DNA of 64,000 nucleotides from Bacilli bacterium (GTDB taxonomy: Bacteria; Bacillota_I; Bacilli_A; RFN20; CAG-826): NCBI GenBank assembly GCA_045226015.1, contig JBGVBY010000013.1:28908-92907 (forward strand), read 5' to 3'. This document shows, one piece after another, positions 17,501-25,917 of this stretch. The notes below the pieces were generated by a model. The model was given only the letters and a program-made list of their open reading frames with translations, did not search any database and was not told the DNA's origin. Within the stretch, counting starts at the first letter, position 1. Every line of letters starts with the position of its first letter. The position numbers and the translations under genes were made by a program.

Positions 17501-19807
17501 AGCGATGGAACTTGCCATTCTAATTTCTTCGGTTTTTTGCATTGCTTCACGTTGACTATAACCGAACTTTCTTAAAGCGTTTTCAATAGCCGCGGCACTG
17601 TTGGATAATTTGACCGCCAGTGTTTCAGTTTGATATGAAATGTTTTGTAACCAAGAAGCAGTGGACTTGATTGACGCTTTTCCGACACGAATCTTTTTTG
17701 TTAAAACTGGTTCTTCCATTGTTCTAACAAGAGCACCCATTTCTTCTTCAAACACTTCCATTGGATTAACCGTTTCAGTTGGGAGCATTGGTTCTGGCTC
17801 AATTGCTTCACCTTCAGTAACTTCTTCAACTGGAGTTAAAGCGCTGTCCATGGTGTCAGCAATCTTTCTTAAATTATCAATTTTAGATAATGCGCCTGGC
17901 TTACTTCTGAAATAAGCAGCTAATCTATTTGCCATAGCAGTTTGTTTTGCTAATTGAGTAGCTTCATCTAAGGATAATCCGTTTTGGACTTGATAAATCT
18001 TGATGTATTTATCGACTTCCATTTTGAAAGATTCATCCATTGTGACAAGTTTATCGGCAACAGCCATAATGTCACTATAGATTTCACCATTTGCTGTTTT
18101 AATTAACTCTAAAGAGTTAAGAGCAGTTGCTTCTGCAACGCTGTTTTCACCGACAACAACGAGTTTACCTTCACCATCATAGAATGACTTGACTTCGCCG
18201 TTTTCAACGTAGTCCATAATCTCGGTATTGTTTTTAATTGCAGTATTAACATCTTCGATATTGTTAATTTCAATATTCAAATCTTCAGCAACTTCTTGAA
18301 CTTTGCTTTCAACCTTTTTCTCATATTCAGCCTTTAAGTCATCACCAGTGATTCCATTTGATTCTAATTCAGCAAGCAAATTATCTTGTGCTTTCATATA
18401 AGCCTCATTGGCTTTGAATGCTTTTTGAATAGCACCCTCTAGCTTTGTTCTTTGTGCTTCACTTAAATCTGGATTAGTTCTAACTTGTTCTAAAGCAAGA
18501 TCAATGTTAGTTTTCTCGCTAATATCAATCTCTTCCATCTCAACGATTTTTGAGAATGTGCTATTAAGTCTTTTCGCAGCCTTGGTTAAGTCATCTTTTG
18601 CATCAGCATATTCAGAGTACGCTAAAGCACCTTTTTGACCGACTTGTTTGCCGTTAATAGTGGTCTTACCTAATTTGTAGTATTTTGTACCTTCACCAAC
18701 GGCACCGAGAATACCACCAACAACGAATGATTGAGCTAAACCAGCCCAGAATTCGCCACTAGCATATTCTCCACCTAAATCTAAATCATAATCATATGAA
18801 ATTTTCTTTAATAAAGGATTGGCGACATCTGATAATACTTCTTCGAAACCTTCAGATAAGAAACCAGCAACCATTTTACCGCCTAATGAAGATGTGAATT
18901 TCTTGACTGCTGCGTTTTTTAATGCCGCCTTTCCGATAACACCGGATGCAACGTCAGTACCAATACCACCAAGTAATTCAGTACCAGCTTCAACAGCACC
19001 GGTTAACAAACCATATAAAGTAGCTTGATGGAGATTAGCACCTTCATTTAATGCTTCTTCTGCGCCTTTACCTGCAGCACCTGTAGCCATTACACCTAAC
19101 GAGAGTGCTTGAGCACCCTTTGCGGTTAAGCCTGCGCCTTCGCCTATGCCAGCAGTCACATACATACCGACAAGTTGACCGGCACCTTCAGCAATGCCTA
19201 ATACAGCATCACCAAACCATCCAGCATCTTTTTCTAAAACATCATGACCATAAGCGTATTTTTCTCTCCACGCTGTAATTTCTTCTGATGTAGCACCCCA
19301 TTGACCTAAACCTAATGAAGACCACGCTTGACCCATGTCAGCCCAGTATTCATCTCCATATTCAACGGCATTGCCAATCATTTTGCCAATACCCCAAGGA
19401 GTGAAGTTAGCAAATGTTTCTGTGAAGTTAGCAAGGTTGCCTGCCATATCAATTGAAACAAAGTCTTCTGCCCATTGGGTATCAGCACCAAACCAAGAAC
19501 CGATATCACCGGCAATAGTGACGCCTAAATCGATAATACCTTCAAACATTGACACAAAGCCTCTACCAAAGGCATTAGCGATGTTATCGATTGTTCCAAA
19601 GATGTCATCCCACCAAGAACGTGATTGTTGTTGTTCTTGTTCTAAGGAATCTTCGTACTCAGTATCGTTACCATATGTAGAGATATCAATACCAGCACGA
19701 GAAAGAGCTCGTGCATCACCAAGAGTTAAAGTGGTGGTGCTACCGAGCGGTGTTTTTCTCATTTGTGCTAAAAATTCAGCAGTAGATAAAATGTCTTTTT
19801 CAGCCAT
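14576..19807 (-). CDS. Large internal virion / DNA-ejection-type protein with C-terminal LPD38-like domain
   Basis: 1743 aa; Gly/Ala-rich hydrophobic helices near N-terminus; C-terminal YLIKVGEQFIRIPKG..ISP..NRTWYGGQIV..SPLKVEYVLDQYTG pattern; position after tail genes as in podoviruses. Confidence 0.6.
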   Translation of the reverse strand: MAEKDILSTAEFLAQMRKTPLGSTTTLTLGDARALSRAGIDISTYGNDTEYEDSLEQEQQQSRSWWDDIFGTIDNIANAFGRGFVSMFEGIIDLGVTIAGDIGSWFGADTQWAEDFVSIDMAGNLANFTETFANFTPWGIGKMIGNAVEYGDEYWADMGQAWSSLGLGQWGATSEEITAWREKYAYGHDVLEKDAGWFGDAVLGIAEGAGQLVGMYVTAGIGEGAGLTAKGAQALSLGVMATGAAGKGAEEALNEGANLHQATLYGLLTGAVEAGTELLGGIGTDVASGVIGKAALKNAAVKKFTSSLGGKMVAGFLSEGFEEVLSDVANPLLKKISYDYDLDLGGEYASGEFWAGLAQSFVVGGILGAVGEGTKYYKLGKTTINGKQVGQKGALAYSEYADAKDDLTKAAKRLNSTFSKIVEMEEIDISEKTNIDLALEQVRTNPDLSEAQRTKLEGAIQKAFKANEAYMKAQDNLLAELESNGITGDDLKAEYEKKVESKVQEVAEDLNIEINNIEDVNTAIKNNTEIMDYVENGEVKSFYDGEGKLVVVGENSVAEATALNSLELIKTANGEIYSDIMAVADKLVTMDESFKMEVDKYIKIYQVQNGLSLDEATQLAKQTAMANRLAAYFRSKPGALSKIDNLRKIADTMDSALTPVEEVTEGEAIEPEPMLPTETVNPMEVFEEEMGALVRTMEEPVLTKKIRVGKASIKSTASWLQNISYQTETLAVKLSNSAAAIENALRKFGYSQREAMQKTEEIRMASSIANSVAQNGFSRSVEENKVEFYTKGLYNGKNGIVDELNKYFKDNGIKLEEGMSHFYESLALYVEMDRLNASLGTDLVSIEDIEKFSKSEPKERKTVFGKWLETRTMPADLLVKISEHFPLLSEAIEKGVCMDEATVNELTHKTAMERSVELTGEALDTFNEVKKYLRLLNAEDINARLEQIDADYPMFKDMREEVWKYNRELLRMQYEGGYLSKSAYEWMKKYYSHYVPTYREMIINPTAGISMSMQSSTLRLAKGSDLVIKDMFDSMQMQTVKIHQKVAMNELIKTLINASKSYGELNEYVVSEELKKEELPRSTDSSMTYYLTRPALDGQVVTYYEGGESHSYLVNANVMEGLQALAGVYNDTLLNIPGMKFIAKAQKVVKNLLTTYNPFFGLRNAIRDLWDASFYSPTGMTSVLRNLPQAYKSIITNDAKYQAFVASGGIGTSVMTSTEIYTDKKKMSSGLEYVVKPWKAIERVNEIIEVATRYAQYLATTNKLYKERAKGLNSMSNKQIMTRGVYEAHEITLNFSRSGTVGRQINNTFGLFLNANIQGFTKMMRTFIAPKSAKEWAELILKMLILGIGTQLLNELLYWDDEDYKSLNQSIKNNYYLIKVGEQFIRIPKGRVISAFNAIVTGAFDTAKGNTNAMEEALKYALLEANSPISGTGISLGFFQAIDDATKNRTWYGGQIVSSKWDNTRPTEQYEKDTSYISRFIGKVFGISPLKVEYVLDQYTGIIGDILLPLTSDEASWYKLERIVKDQYLIDPVEKSRYSKDFYDYREQILYDKTDGDAIATIQASYLNTCNNEIADLRKQIKEIDDNPDKSAKEKHDESRVIQVMINAAYKQAVENCKKIGEALKNYTIDEENAAVIQREVYREVLGAESALRIYNKKVYAKAQCYNKAGISYDEFYVYYFNVKAFTNKEDAVKYVTHLRVSPQIKNLIYRLAGWNIGKDKIQVLTRWLKNKGLTDEEIDMIL

Positions 19808-19866
19808 AATACTTAATTTTTGTTAAAATTTTTAACGATTTTCGATATTTAAGACGCGAAATTCGT

Positions 19867-20703
19867 CTATATTGAAATTTTTGGTCTTCTATTACCAACT
19901 AATGCGTTGTCGATGTAGAAGAGTTTTCCGTTATAGTACATAAGGTATTTTTGACCGACTTGTACTAAATCGCCATTCTTAGCACTGGTATAGAAGTTTT
20001 GAAGTTCATCCTTGTATTTTTGTGAACTACCAGTACCACGTTCGATCTCAATTTGATTTAATTCATATTTAACATCTTTGTTATTTAAGATGTCTTTGTA
20101 TCCAATACCATTACTGAGACCGACGGTTTCGTTAATCTTGTCAGCCCATTGACTATCAGCGTTAGCAAGATATCCACTGTATGAAGAGTAGTAGTAATCA
20201 AACATCTTCTTTTGGTCATCAGTGAAACTGTCATAGTATTCAGACTTGAGATAATCTAAATCTTCTACTGATGTGGCTTCTTGCATCATAGTCATTGCTG
20301 CTTGCCATCTATCGGTCTTTTGAGCTTCTTCATCAGCAACTCTCTGTGAAGCAATATCCATTAAGTTTGCTTGATGTGTTTCATCTGCACCCATAATGGC
20401 TCTATTGTAAGCACCAGCAATACCTGCTCTAGTGGATTCAGCCATACCTTGTCCAGAGAAACCAGCGTTAGCTAAAGAATTACCAACGTACTTTTGAGCT
20501 TGGTCTCTTGCAACAGATGCTTGAATCTTGCTAGAAAGCATATCCTTGTAGGATGTGTACTCAAGTGCATCGTACTTATCGCCACTGGTTAAACCATTAC
20601 TGGAACCTGTGCCACCTCCACTTGGATTACTTTCTGGACTGTTTGCTCCAATTGAATCGCCGAATGTTTTGACCCATTGATCTTTATTTGTCTGTACCGC
20701 CAT
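19867..20703 (-). CDS. Putative internal virion (ejection) protein
   Basis: Gly/Ser/Ala/Gln-rich low complexity (NAGFSGQGMAESTRAGI) directly upstream of the large ejection-type gene. Confidence 0.45.
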   Translation of the reverse strand: MAVQTNKDQWVKTFGDSIGANSPESNPSGGGTGSSNGLTSGDKYDALEYTSYKDMLSSKIQASVARDQAQKYVGNSLANAGFSGQGMAESTRAGIAGAYNRAIMGADETHQANLMDIASQRVADEEAQKTDRWQAAMTMMQEATSVEDLDYLKSEYYDSFTDDQKKMFDYYYSSYSGYLANADSQWADKINETVGLSNGIGYKDILNNKDVKYELNQIEIERGTGSSQKYKDELQNFYTSAKNGDLVQVGQKYLMYYNGKLFYIDNALVGNRRPKISI

Positions 20704-21823
20704 ATTCAATTTCCTCCTTATGATTTTCGATTAGTAGATTATTATCCTCTCCACTTGAGGGATCTATTACTTCAGGGACGATGACTTTTGCAGCCTCTTC
20801 CTCTTCTCTTCTATGAGCTTCTTCGATTCTTTCCTTATAAGTCTCTTGATAAGATTTAGGAATGAACTCTTTTAAGTCATAGTATTTGTTATATTCGTTA
20901 ATAACGCGGATTTTATCGCCAAGCCATTTATATAAGAAGTTGACGTTGGTTGAACCGGCAAAGCCACCGCTAATAAATCCGAATGTGGCACTTCCGATTC
21001 TGAAGATAAAATTCCATAATGCTTCAGCGGTTCCAACACCTTCGTTAATTTCAGTAACGAGAAGTGATGCTAATGTGATATAGATAATTCCACTGATGCC
21101 TTTTGCGATGAATGAACGTCTCATCGCTTTAATTCTTTCTCTATCAGTTGCTGGAGCAATTTCAAGAGATTCTAAGTTAGCACTTTTATTTCTATCCGCA
21201 GTGGTGTAGTACGCTGCAGTTTCGGCTTCAACTGTAACTGAGCCGTTTAAGACTTCTTCAACATAGAAGGCTAATGTGTCTCTAATTGCTGGAATCAAGA
21301 TTTCGGTTCCATCTTTTAGTTTTCTAACAATGTCTTCACCAACTTTTCCTGTTGGTTTTTCACCTTCTTTTAATCCACTGATAATTGGAATGTCAGTCTC
21401 GATAGCATAATCAACGATGATTTCGGCTTCCATACGTGACATACCGTGTTTAGTAAGATGTTTAATTTTCTTTTCTCTTACTTGCTTTTCGGCATACCAG
21501 GAGATGAATTGATCGAAGAATACAATTCTTCCGACTTCGACAAGTGTCTTGACTAGGCTATTGAAGAGTTCTCTTCTTTTGTTGTATTTGCCATCTTCTT
21601 TAGCTTTTAAGGTTTCATCAATTGCAATGAATCCTAGAACCATCATCACTAATGCTAATGCGTTATTGAAGATTGCTCTGGTTGCCCATTTGTTTGGATC
21701 AAAGTTGTTTGGAGAGAATACTAAGTTCCATACCCAAGAGCCGATAATGATGAATATAACCATCAATACGCCAATGGCGACGAAACCCATTTTAAGGATA
21801 TATTCAGGTTTCTTATTCTTCAT
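20684..21823 (-). CDS. Multi-pass membrane protein (2 TM - soluble domain - 2 TM)
   Basis: Hydrophobic segments at about aa 13-33, 52-70, 245-260, 270-290. Confidence 0.65.
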   Translation of the reverse strand: MKNKKPEYILKMGFVAIGVLMVIFIIIGSWVWNLVFSPNNFDPNKWATRAIFNNALALVMMVLGFIAIDETLKAKEDGKYNKRRELFNSLVKTLVEVGRIVFFDQFISWYAEKQVREKKIKHLTKHGMSRMEAEIIVDYAIETDIPIISGLKEGEKPTGKVGEDIVRKLKDGTEILIPAIRDTLAFYVEEVLNGSVTVEAETAAYYTTADRNKSANLESLEIAPATDRERIKAMRRSFIAKGISGIIYITLASLLVTEINEGVGTAEALWNFIFRIGSATFGFISGGFAGSTNVNFLYKWLGDKIRVINEYNKYYDLKEFIPKSYQETYKERIEEAHRREEEEAAKVIVPEVIDPSSGEDNNLLIENHKEEIEYGGTDK

Positions 21824-22085
21824 CTTCTCTCACCGCCTTTATTTTTTTATAAATGGATATAATCCAAAGGGCTAATACTGCTCCAGTAAGTAGAACTAGA
21901 GCGAACATACATGCCCAAGAAGATTTGAACCAAGCAATAACTGCTTCCCATCCTTCTGTAGCAACGTAGTAAGTAATCATTATGATTACAGCGACTAATG
22001 CTACTGTGAGAAGAATTTTAATTGTGGACATAACGGTCTTACTGATGTTGCCGTTTTTCTTCTTAAACTTATTTTTAGGTTTCAT
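21813..22085 (-). CDS. Two-pass membrane protein
   Basis: Basic N-terminus, two hydrophobic segments. Confidence 0.65.
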   Translation of the reverse strand: MKPKNKFKKKNGNISKTVMSTIKILLTVALVAVIIMITYYVATEGWEAVIAWFKSSWACMFALVLLTGAVLALWIISIYKKIKAVREDEE

Positions 22086-22636
22086 ACAATGTCAGCCTTT
22101 TCTTCTTTTCTGCGACGCTCTTCTTCTTTAACTTTACGTTCTTTTTCAGCAGCTTCTTTAGCATCTAACTCATCTCTAGCGTCGCGGTATAAGACTTGTT
22201 TTCTTCGCATTTCTTGAGTTAAACCGACATCTAATCCATAAGCTGCTGCCGCTCCTGCAAATTCACAACCTAGAATGAGAACTAAGTCATCAACAATTAC
22301 TTTGCAGAAATAGGCGAGTGCAAATGCCATACCAACGCCTAACACATAAGTTAACATAGTGGCTTTCTTCTCAACCTTTTCTTGATGTTTTGCTTTCTTA
22401 TACATCAAGACCGCTGATACAACGAGAGCAAGAATACAGCCAATAGTTAATCTAACAGATTCGTGAGTGTTCTCTACGAAGTCGAAGTATTCATTCCACT
22501 TAGCGCCAAACACTGCAACGATAGGAGTGATAATAGCCGCCCATTCACCGCCCTGACATGCCCAATAAGCATTGCGGTAGTATTTTCTAGGGCATCTAGT
22601 TTTAAGAGGTTCTTTTTTTGGTTTTTTGTTTGCCAT
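22082..22636 (-). CDS. Multi-pass membrane protein with charged C-terminal coiled coil
   Basis: 3-4 hydrophobic segments; GGAGGT RBS before ATG 22636. Confidence 0.65.
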   Translation of the reverse strand: MANKKPKKEPLKTRCPRKYYRNAYWACQGGEWAAIITPIVAVFGAKWNEYFDFVENTHESVRLTIGCILALVVSAVLMYKKAKHQEKVEKKATMLTYVLGVGMAFALAYFCKVIVDDLVLILGCEFAGAAAAYGLDVGLTQEMRRKQVLYRDARDELDAKEAAEKERKVKEEERRRKEEKADIV

Positions 22637-22647
22637 ATGCATACCTC

Positions 22648-23295
22648 CTATTTACTTGGTTTTTGCAAATATTTTTTGAATGTTTCTTCGCTAATACCAA
22701 GAGATGTTAACACTGCTGATTGAGAGAAAATTGTCATCAATAATTCTTTCATTTCTTTATTTTCAGCCGTGATTTGATCGTTCTTTTCACAAACTTCATT
22801 TAATTTCTGCTCGGTTAATTCGAGTGATTTAGATAATGTGCCCATAGTAGAAATCGCTTTGTTGTAATTTTCGTTTGTGATTTCGTAATCTTTTTTCAAC
22901 TTTTCAGCAAGTTCCTTGTTATCATCAACAATTCTTCTTGCTAGGGAAACTTCACCAATTGCTTTTTTGATGTTGCTTCTATTCAAAAGTGAAGGAACAA
23001 GAGAAACAACAACACCAATGACAGCACCTAATAGCGTGCCTAATGTTGTTCCAAAGATTTGGGTATCTCTGATTTCCTTGTATTTTGCATTTAATTCATC
23101 AAGAAGTTTTTGAATTTCATCTTGAGTTGGGTCTGTCGAACCCTCTTCAATGGTTTCAGCAGCTTGTTCACCTTCAGCGTAAACTACTGCAATTTGGCTG
23201 TCATATGAGTGATACATTGACATACCCGCGCACATGCCTAAGCCAGCACTAGCAAGCAGGCAGACGCCTATGAGTCCTAATGTTTTTTTCTTCAT
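22648..23295 (-). CDS. Signal-peptide/membrane-anchored coiled-coil protein
   Basis: MKKKTLGLIGVCLLASAGLG signal-like N-terminus, internal TM (GTTLGTLLGAVIGVVVSLV), heptad C-terminus. Confidence 0.6.
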   Translation of the reverse strand: MKKKTLGLIGVCLLASAGLGMCAGMSMYHSYDSQIAVVYAEGEQAAETIEEGSTDPTQDEIQKLLDELNAKYKEIRDTQIFGTTLGTLLGAVIGVVVSLVPSLLNRSNIKKAIGEVSLARRIVDDNKELAEKLKKDYEITNENYNKAISTMGTLSKSLELTEQKLNEVCEKNDQITAENKEMKELLMTIFSQSAVLTSLGISEETFKKYLQKPSK

Positions 23296-23900
23296 AAGAT
23301 TTCTCCTTTCAACTTATTAAAGTAATCTCTGAACATGGTTTTTGAATATTTAAGGTCATGTGCCTTTTGCAGTATCTTTAACTGCTTTTGAGTTAATTTG
23401 TGAGATTTATTCTCACATTTGAAGTAGAAGAGTAAGAAATTCCATAACCTCTTTTCTTCCATTGGGTACCAACCATACTTTTTGCTATCTTCAACATAAT
23501 TGAAGAAACATCGGTCATAGTTCTCTAATACCCTTTTGGCAACGTATTTGTCTTTGACAACATCGTGCCTTACAAAGTTCCTATCGCTTCCATAAACGAC
23601 TTTCATATCAGGTGATTCAGTAACGAAGTAGATCATCTTTTTATATTTAATGATGTCGTTCCATTCTTTTAACGTGTAGAACACACACTCCACGATATGT
23701 CCGTCAATGTCGAATTGCCTGGATGCATCCGCATTTTCATTCTTACTTCTTACAATGACTTTGAAGTCTATGTCTCCATAATCCTTAAGATATAGAGAAC
23801 TACCTTCTTGCAAGACACAAATGATTGAATGTAGTGGATATCCGATGGCACTTAGATTCGCGAGAAGCTCGGAGACGAACATATTAGTTATGTTCTTCAT
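23292..23900 (-). CDS. Putative Pol-beta-superfamily nucleotidyltransferase
   Basis: hGS-x(8)-DxD signature CVLQEGSSLYLKDYGDIDFKVIV plus a later beta-strand acidic residue (IVECVF). Confidence 0.6.
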   Translation of the reverse strand: MKNITNMFVSELLANLSAIGYPLHSIICVLQEGSSLYLKDYGDIDFKVIVRSKNENADASRQFDIDGHIVECVFYTLKEWNDIIKYKKMIYFVTESPDMKVVYGSDRNFVRHDVVKDKYVAKRVLENYDRCFFNYVEDSKKYGWYPMEEKRLWNFLLFYFKCENKSHKLTQKQLKILQKAHDLKYSKTMFRDYFNKLKGEIL

Positions 23901-24135
23901 TTACCTTTGCCTTAGCAGATTCAACGGCATTATTCCATTCAACGAATTCTGGTAAATCGCAGCCCATATGAGCAAGTGATTTTCTGATAATGGCAATTTC
24001 TTGTGTTAAGGTGTATTCCTTACGGATTTCACCAACGATAGCGATATCGTGTGGATTAACATCAGCGACTTTGCTCGCTGCGTCTCTTGCATCGTCAAGA
24101 GCTCTTTGATTTGGATTCTTTTTAATTAGTGACAT
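23884..24135 (-). CDS. Small tail-associated phage protein
   Basis: IRKEYTLTQEIAIIR.....EFVEWNNAVESAK resembles a family commonly found next to tail fibre genes. Confidence 0.5.
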   Translation of the reverse strand: MSLIKKNPNQRALDDARDAASKVADVNPHDIAIVGEIRKEYTLTQEIAIIRKSLAHMGCDLPEFVEWNNAVESAKAKVNEEHN

Positions 24136-25156
24136 ACCGTAATCTCCTTTCATAGTATTGGTATATTCGCTTTATCAAGTTGTAGTTATTACCTTTCTTG
24201 ATATGAGATATGTAACAGTCGACACATTGCTGAATTTTGGCAAGTGTCATTCTAGGATTTGAGATTTGCTTTTTAATTCTGCGCTTTGCTCTTTGGACAC
24301 TGGCTCTTTGAGCAGTCATTATGATTTTGCCTGTCTTGGAGTAGTGGTAACTGAATCCTAGAAACTTAGATGGTTGAGAGAGTTTAGCAATAAATGTTTT
24401 GTTCTTGTTGATTTTGAGACCTAATTTGTCGAGTTCTTCTTCAATGAACTTTAAGAGGTTGACCAGATGTTCTTTGCTGTGATGAATGATTTTGATGTCA
24501 TCCATGTATCGAATGTAGTATTTGATATGCCAACGTTCCTTGATGGCGTGATCTAAGTCGTTTAGCATTGATAACTCAATTAACTGAGATATTTGACTGC
24601 CAAGACCGATTCCTTCATCGCCTTTGAAACTGTCTATGATTTCAAACACTCTTTCTCTAGCCCAGTCATCACCGATTAGTTTTCCGATTTGTCTTTTGGC
24701 AATTTCGTGTTTAGTGCTACCAAAGAAATTTTTAATATCCAGTGATAGAACATATCCGTTTGCTTGATGATGTCGGAAAAACTTAATGAGATGGACTTTG
24801 AATCTTCTTCTAGCAAAATCTGTTCCTTTGCCTCTTTGACAAGCGCAATTGTCGTAGATGAAGTGTCTAACGACTTCTTTTGTTAGATAGTTATCGCAAA
24901 GTGACCTCTGGAATACTCTATCTTTTAATCTAGTTGCGACTATGTCTCTTACTTTAGGTTCTCTAACTTGGAATGTGATGTATCGGTCTATTTTATAGGT
25001 TCCGTTCATCAAAGAGTTGGATAATGCATATATGTTTTGGCAGCGATTCTTGTTATATCCAATAACGCTGTCTTTCCACATTACATTGTGATTACAATGA
25101 TTTAATGCTCTGTTCAATGCCTTATAAGAACATACAAGTTCTTTAATAGATGTCAT
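24122..25156 (-). CDS. DGR reverse transcriptase
   Basis: KVRDIVATRLKDRVFQ, NCACQRGKG, LDIKNFF, GIGLGSQISQ, YIRYMDD, FLG motifs; 344 aa with no maturase/endonuclease domain; TR and avd upstream. Confidence 0.95.
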   Translation of the reverse strand: MTSIKELVCSYKALNRALNHCNHNVMWKDSVIGYNKNRCQNIYALSNSLMNGTYKIDRYITFQVREPKVRDIVATRLKDRVFQRSLCDNYLTKEVVRHFIYDNCACQRGKGTDFARRRFKVHLIKFFRHHQANGYVLSLDIKNFFGSTKHEIAKRQIGKLIGDDWARERVFEIIDSFKGDEGIGLGSQISQLIELSMLNDLDHAIKERWHIKYYIRYMDDIKIIHHSKEHLVNLLKFIEEELDKLGLKINKNKTFIAKLSQPSKFLGFSYHYSKTGKIIMTAQRASVQRAKRRIKKQISNPRMTLAKIQQCVDCYISHIKKGNNYNLIKRIYQYYERRLRYVTN

Positions 25157-25304
25157 TGTTAATAGTGATAATTGTCATTGTCAGTTGGGCAAATCACATC
25201 AATGCACTTATTCTCCTAAATTAGGATTGGTCAATGACTCCTTGTGTAATTGTTTGGTCTTGATTTCTGTCATATAGACTTACTTTTAACAAATGGGTAT
25301 TAAA

Positions 25305-25406
25305 CAATCAGGGGACGACGCCATTAGAGTTGTTAGCGTTGTTGTTGTTACGGTTACCTGACGTGTTGACATTGATCGCATTGTTGACGTTGCCACGATT
25401 GGCGGT
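25305..25406 (-). ncRNA. DGR template repeat (TR)
   Basis: ACC GCC AAT CGT GGC AAC GTC AAC AAT ... AAC AAC AAC AAC GCT AAC AAC TCT AAT GGC GTC GTC CCC TGA TTG; 14 AAY codons; lies between avd and RT. Confidence 0.95.
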
Positions 25407-25415
25407 AAACAGTCA

Positions 25416-25832
25416 TTAACCATATCTTTTACTGTCGTTTTCAATCCAATTCTTCAAATCAGATTGAGCGGCAAGTATTAGACCTATCCAAGTTTTATGC
25501 TTTTTATCATTGATAGTTCCAAAGGTTTTATAAGCTACATCAATTAGAGTTAACATATTATGAGTTTCTGCGTACGCGAGTTTTTGAAACTTTCTACGTA
25601 ATTCGTAGTCACTTTTCTTAAACTCTTCTTTCACGTAAACAGAATTCGCTTTAATAGCGTTGGATAACATATTCATAGAACTATCGAGTATCTTTTGAGC
25701 AATTAACCAACGATATCTTTTAGGAATTACTTTCTCATTTGTGACTGCTTTAATGGTATAGGCATTTAGTTTGGTAACCGAAGTCCACCAAGCCATTTTA
25801 GTTTCGCCTCTTTCACTTTCAACGACTGACAT
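25416..25832 (-). CDS. avd: DGR accessory variability determinant (Avd-like four-helix bundle)
   Basis: 138 aa basic helical protein, IPKRYRWLIAQKI...AIKAN...R...Q..A...W...I pattern, between target and TR. Confidence 0.85.
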   Translation of the reverse strand: MSVVESERGETKMAWWTSVTKLNAYTIKAVTNEKVIPKRYRWLIAQKILDSSMNMLSNAIKANSVYVKEEFKKSDYELRRKFQKLAYAETHNMLTLIDVAYKTFGTINDKKHKTWIGLILAAQSDLKNWIENDSKRYG

Positions 25833-25868
25833 TCAGTGCATTATCTCTCCTTTCTTCTAAGATTTTTT

Positions 25869-25910
25869 ACACTCTATCGAGTGTTATTTATCAAACTACC
25901 TATCGGTAGT
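25869..25910 (-). other. Two tandem GATA-loop hairpins downstream of VR1
   Basis: Minus strand ACTACC-GATA-GGTAGT (25895-25910) and ACACTC-GATA-GAGTGT (25869-25884). Confidence 0.8.
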
Positions 25911-25917
25911 AATGATT

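Noticed and set aside
24122-25156. RT as group II intron, retron or Abi RT
   Set aside because: Short, no maturase/endonuclease domain, flanked by avd and a TR with A-specific VR matches: diagnostic of a DGR
25330-25360. AAC/GTT triplet run as microsatellite or CRISPR
   Set aside because: It is the AAY-codon core of the TR; no repeat-spacer array seen anywhere in the window
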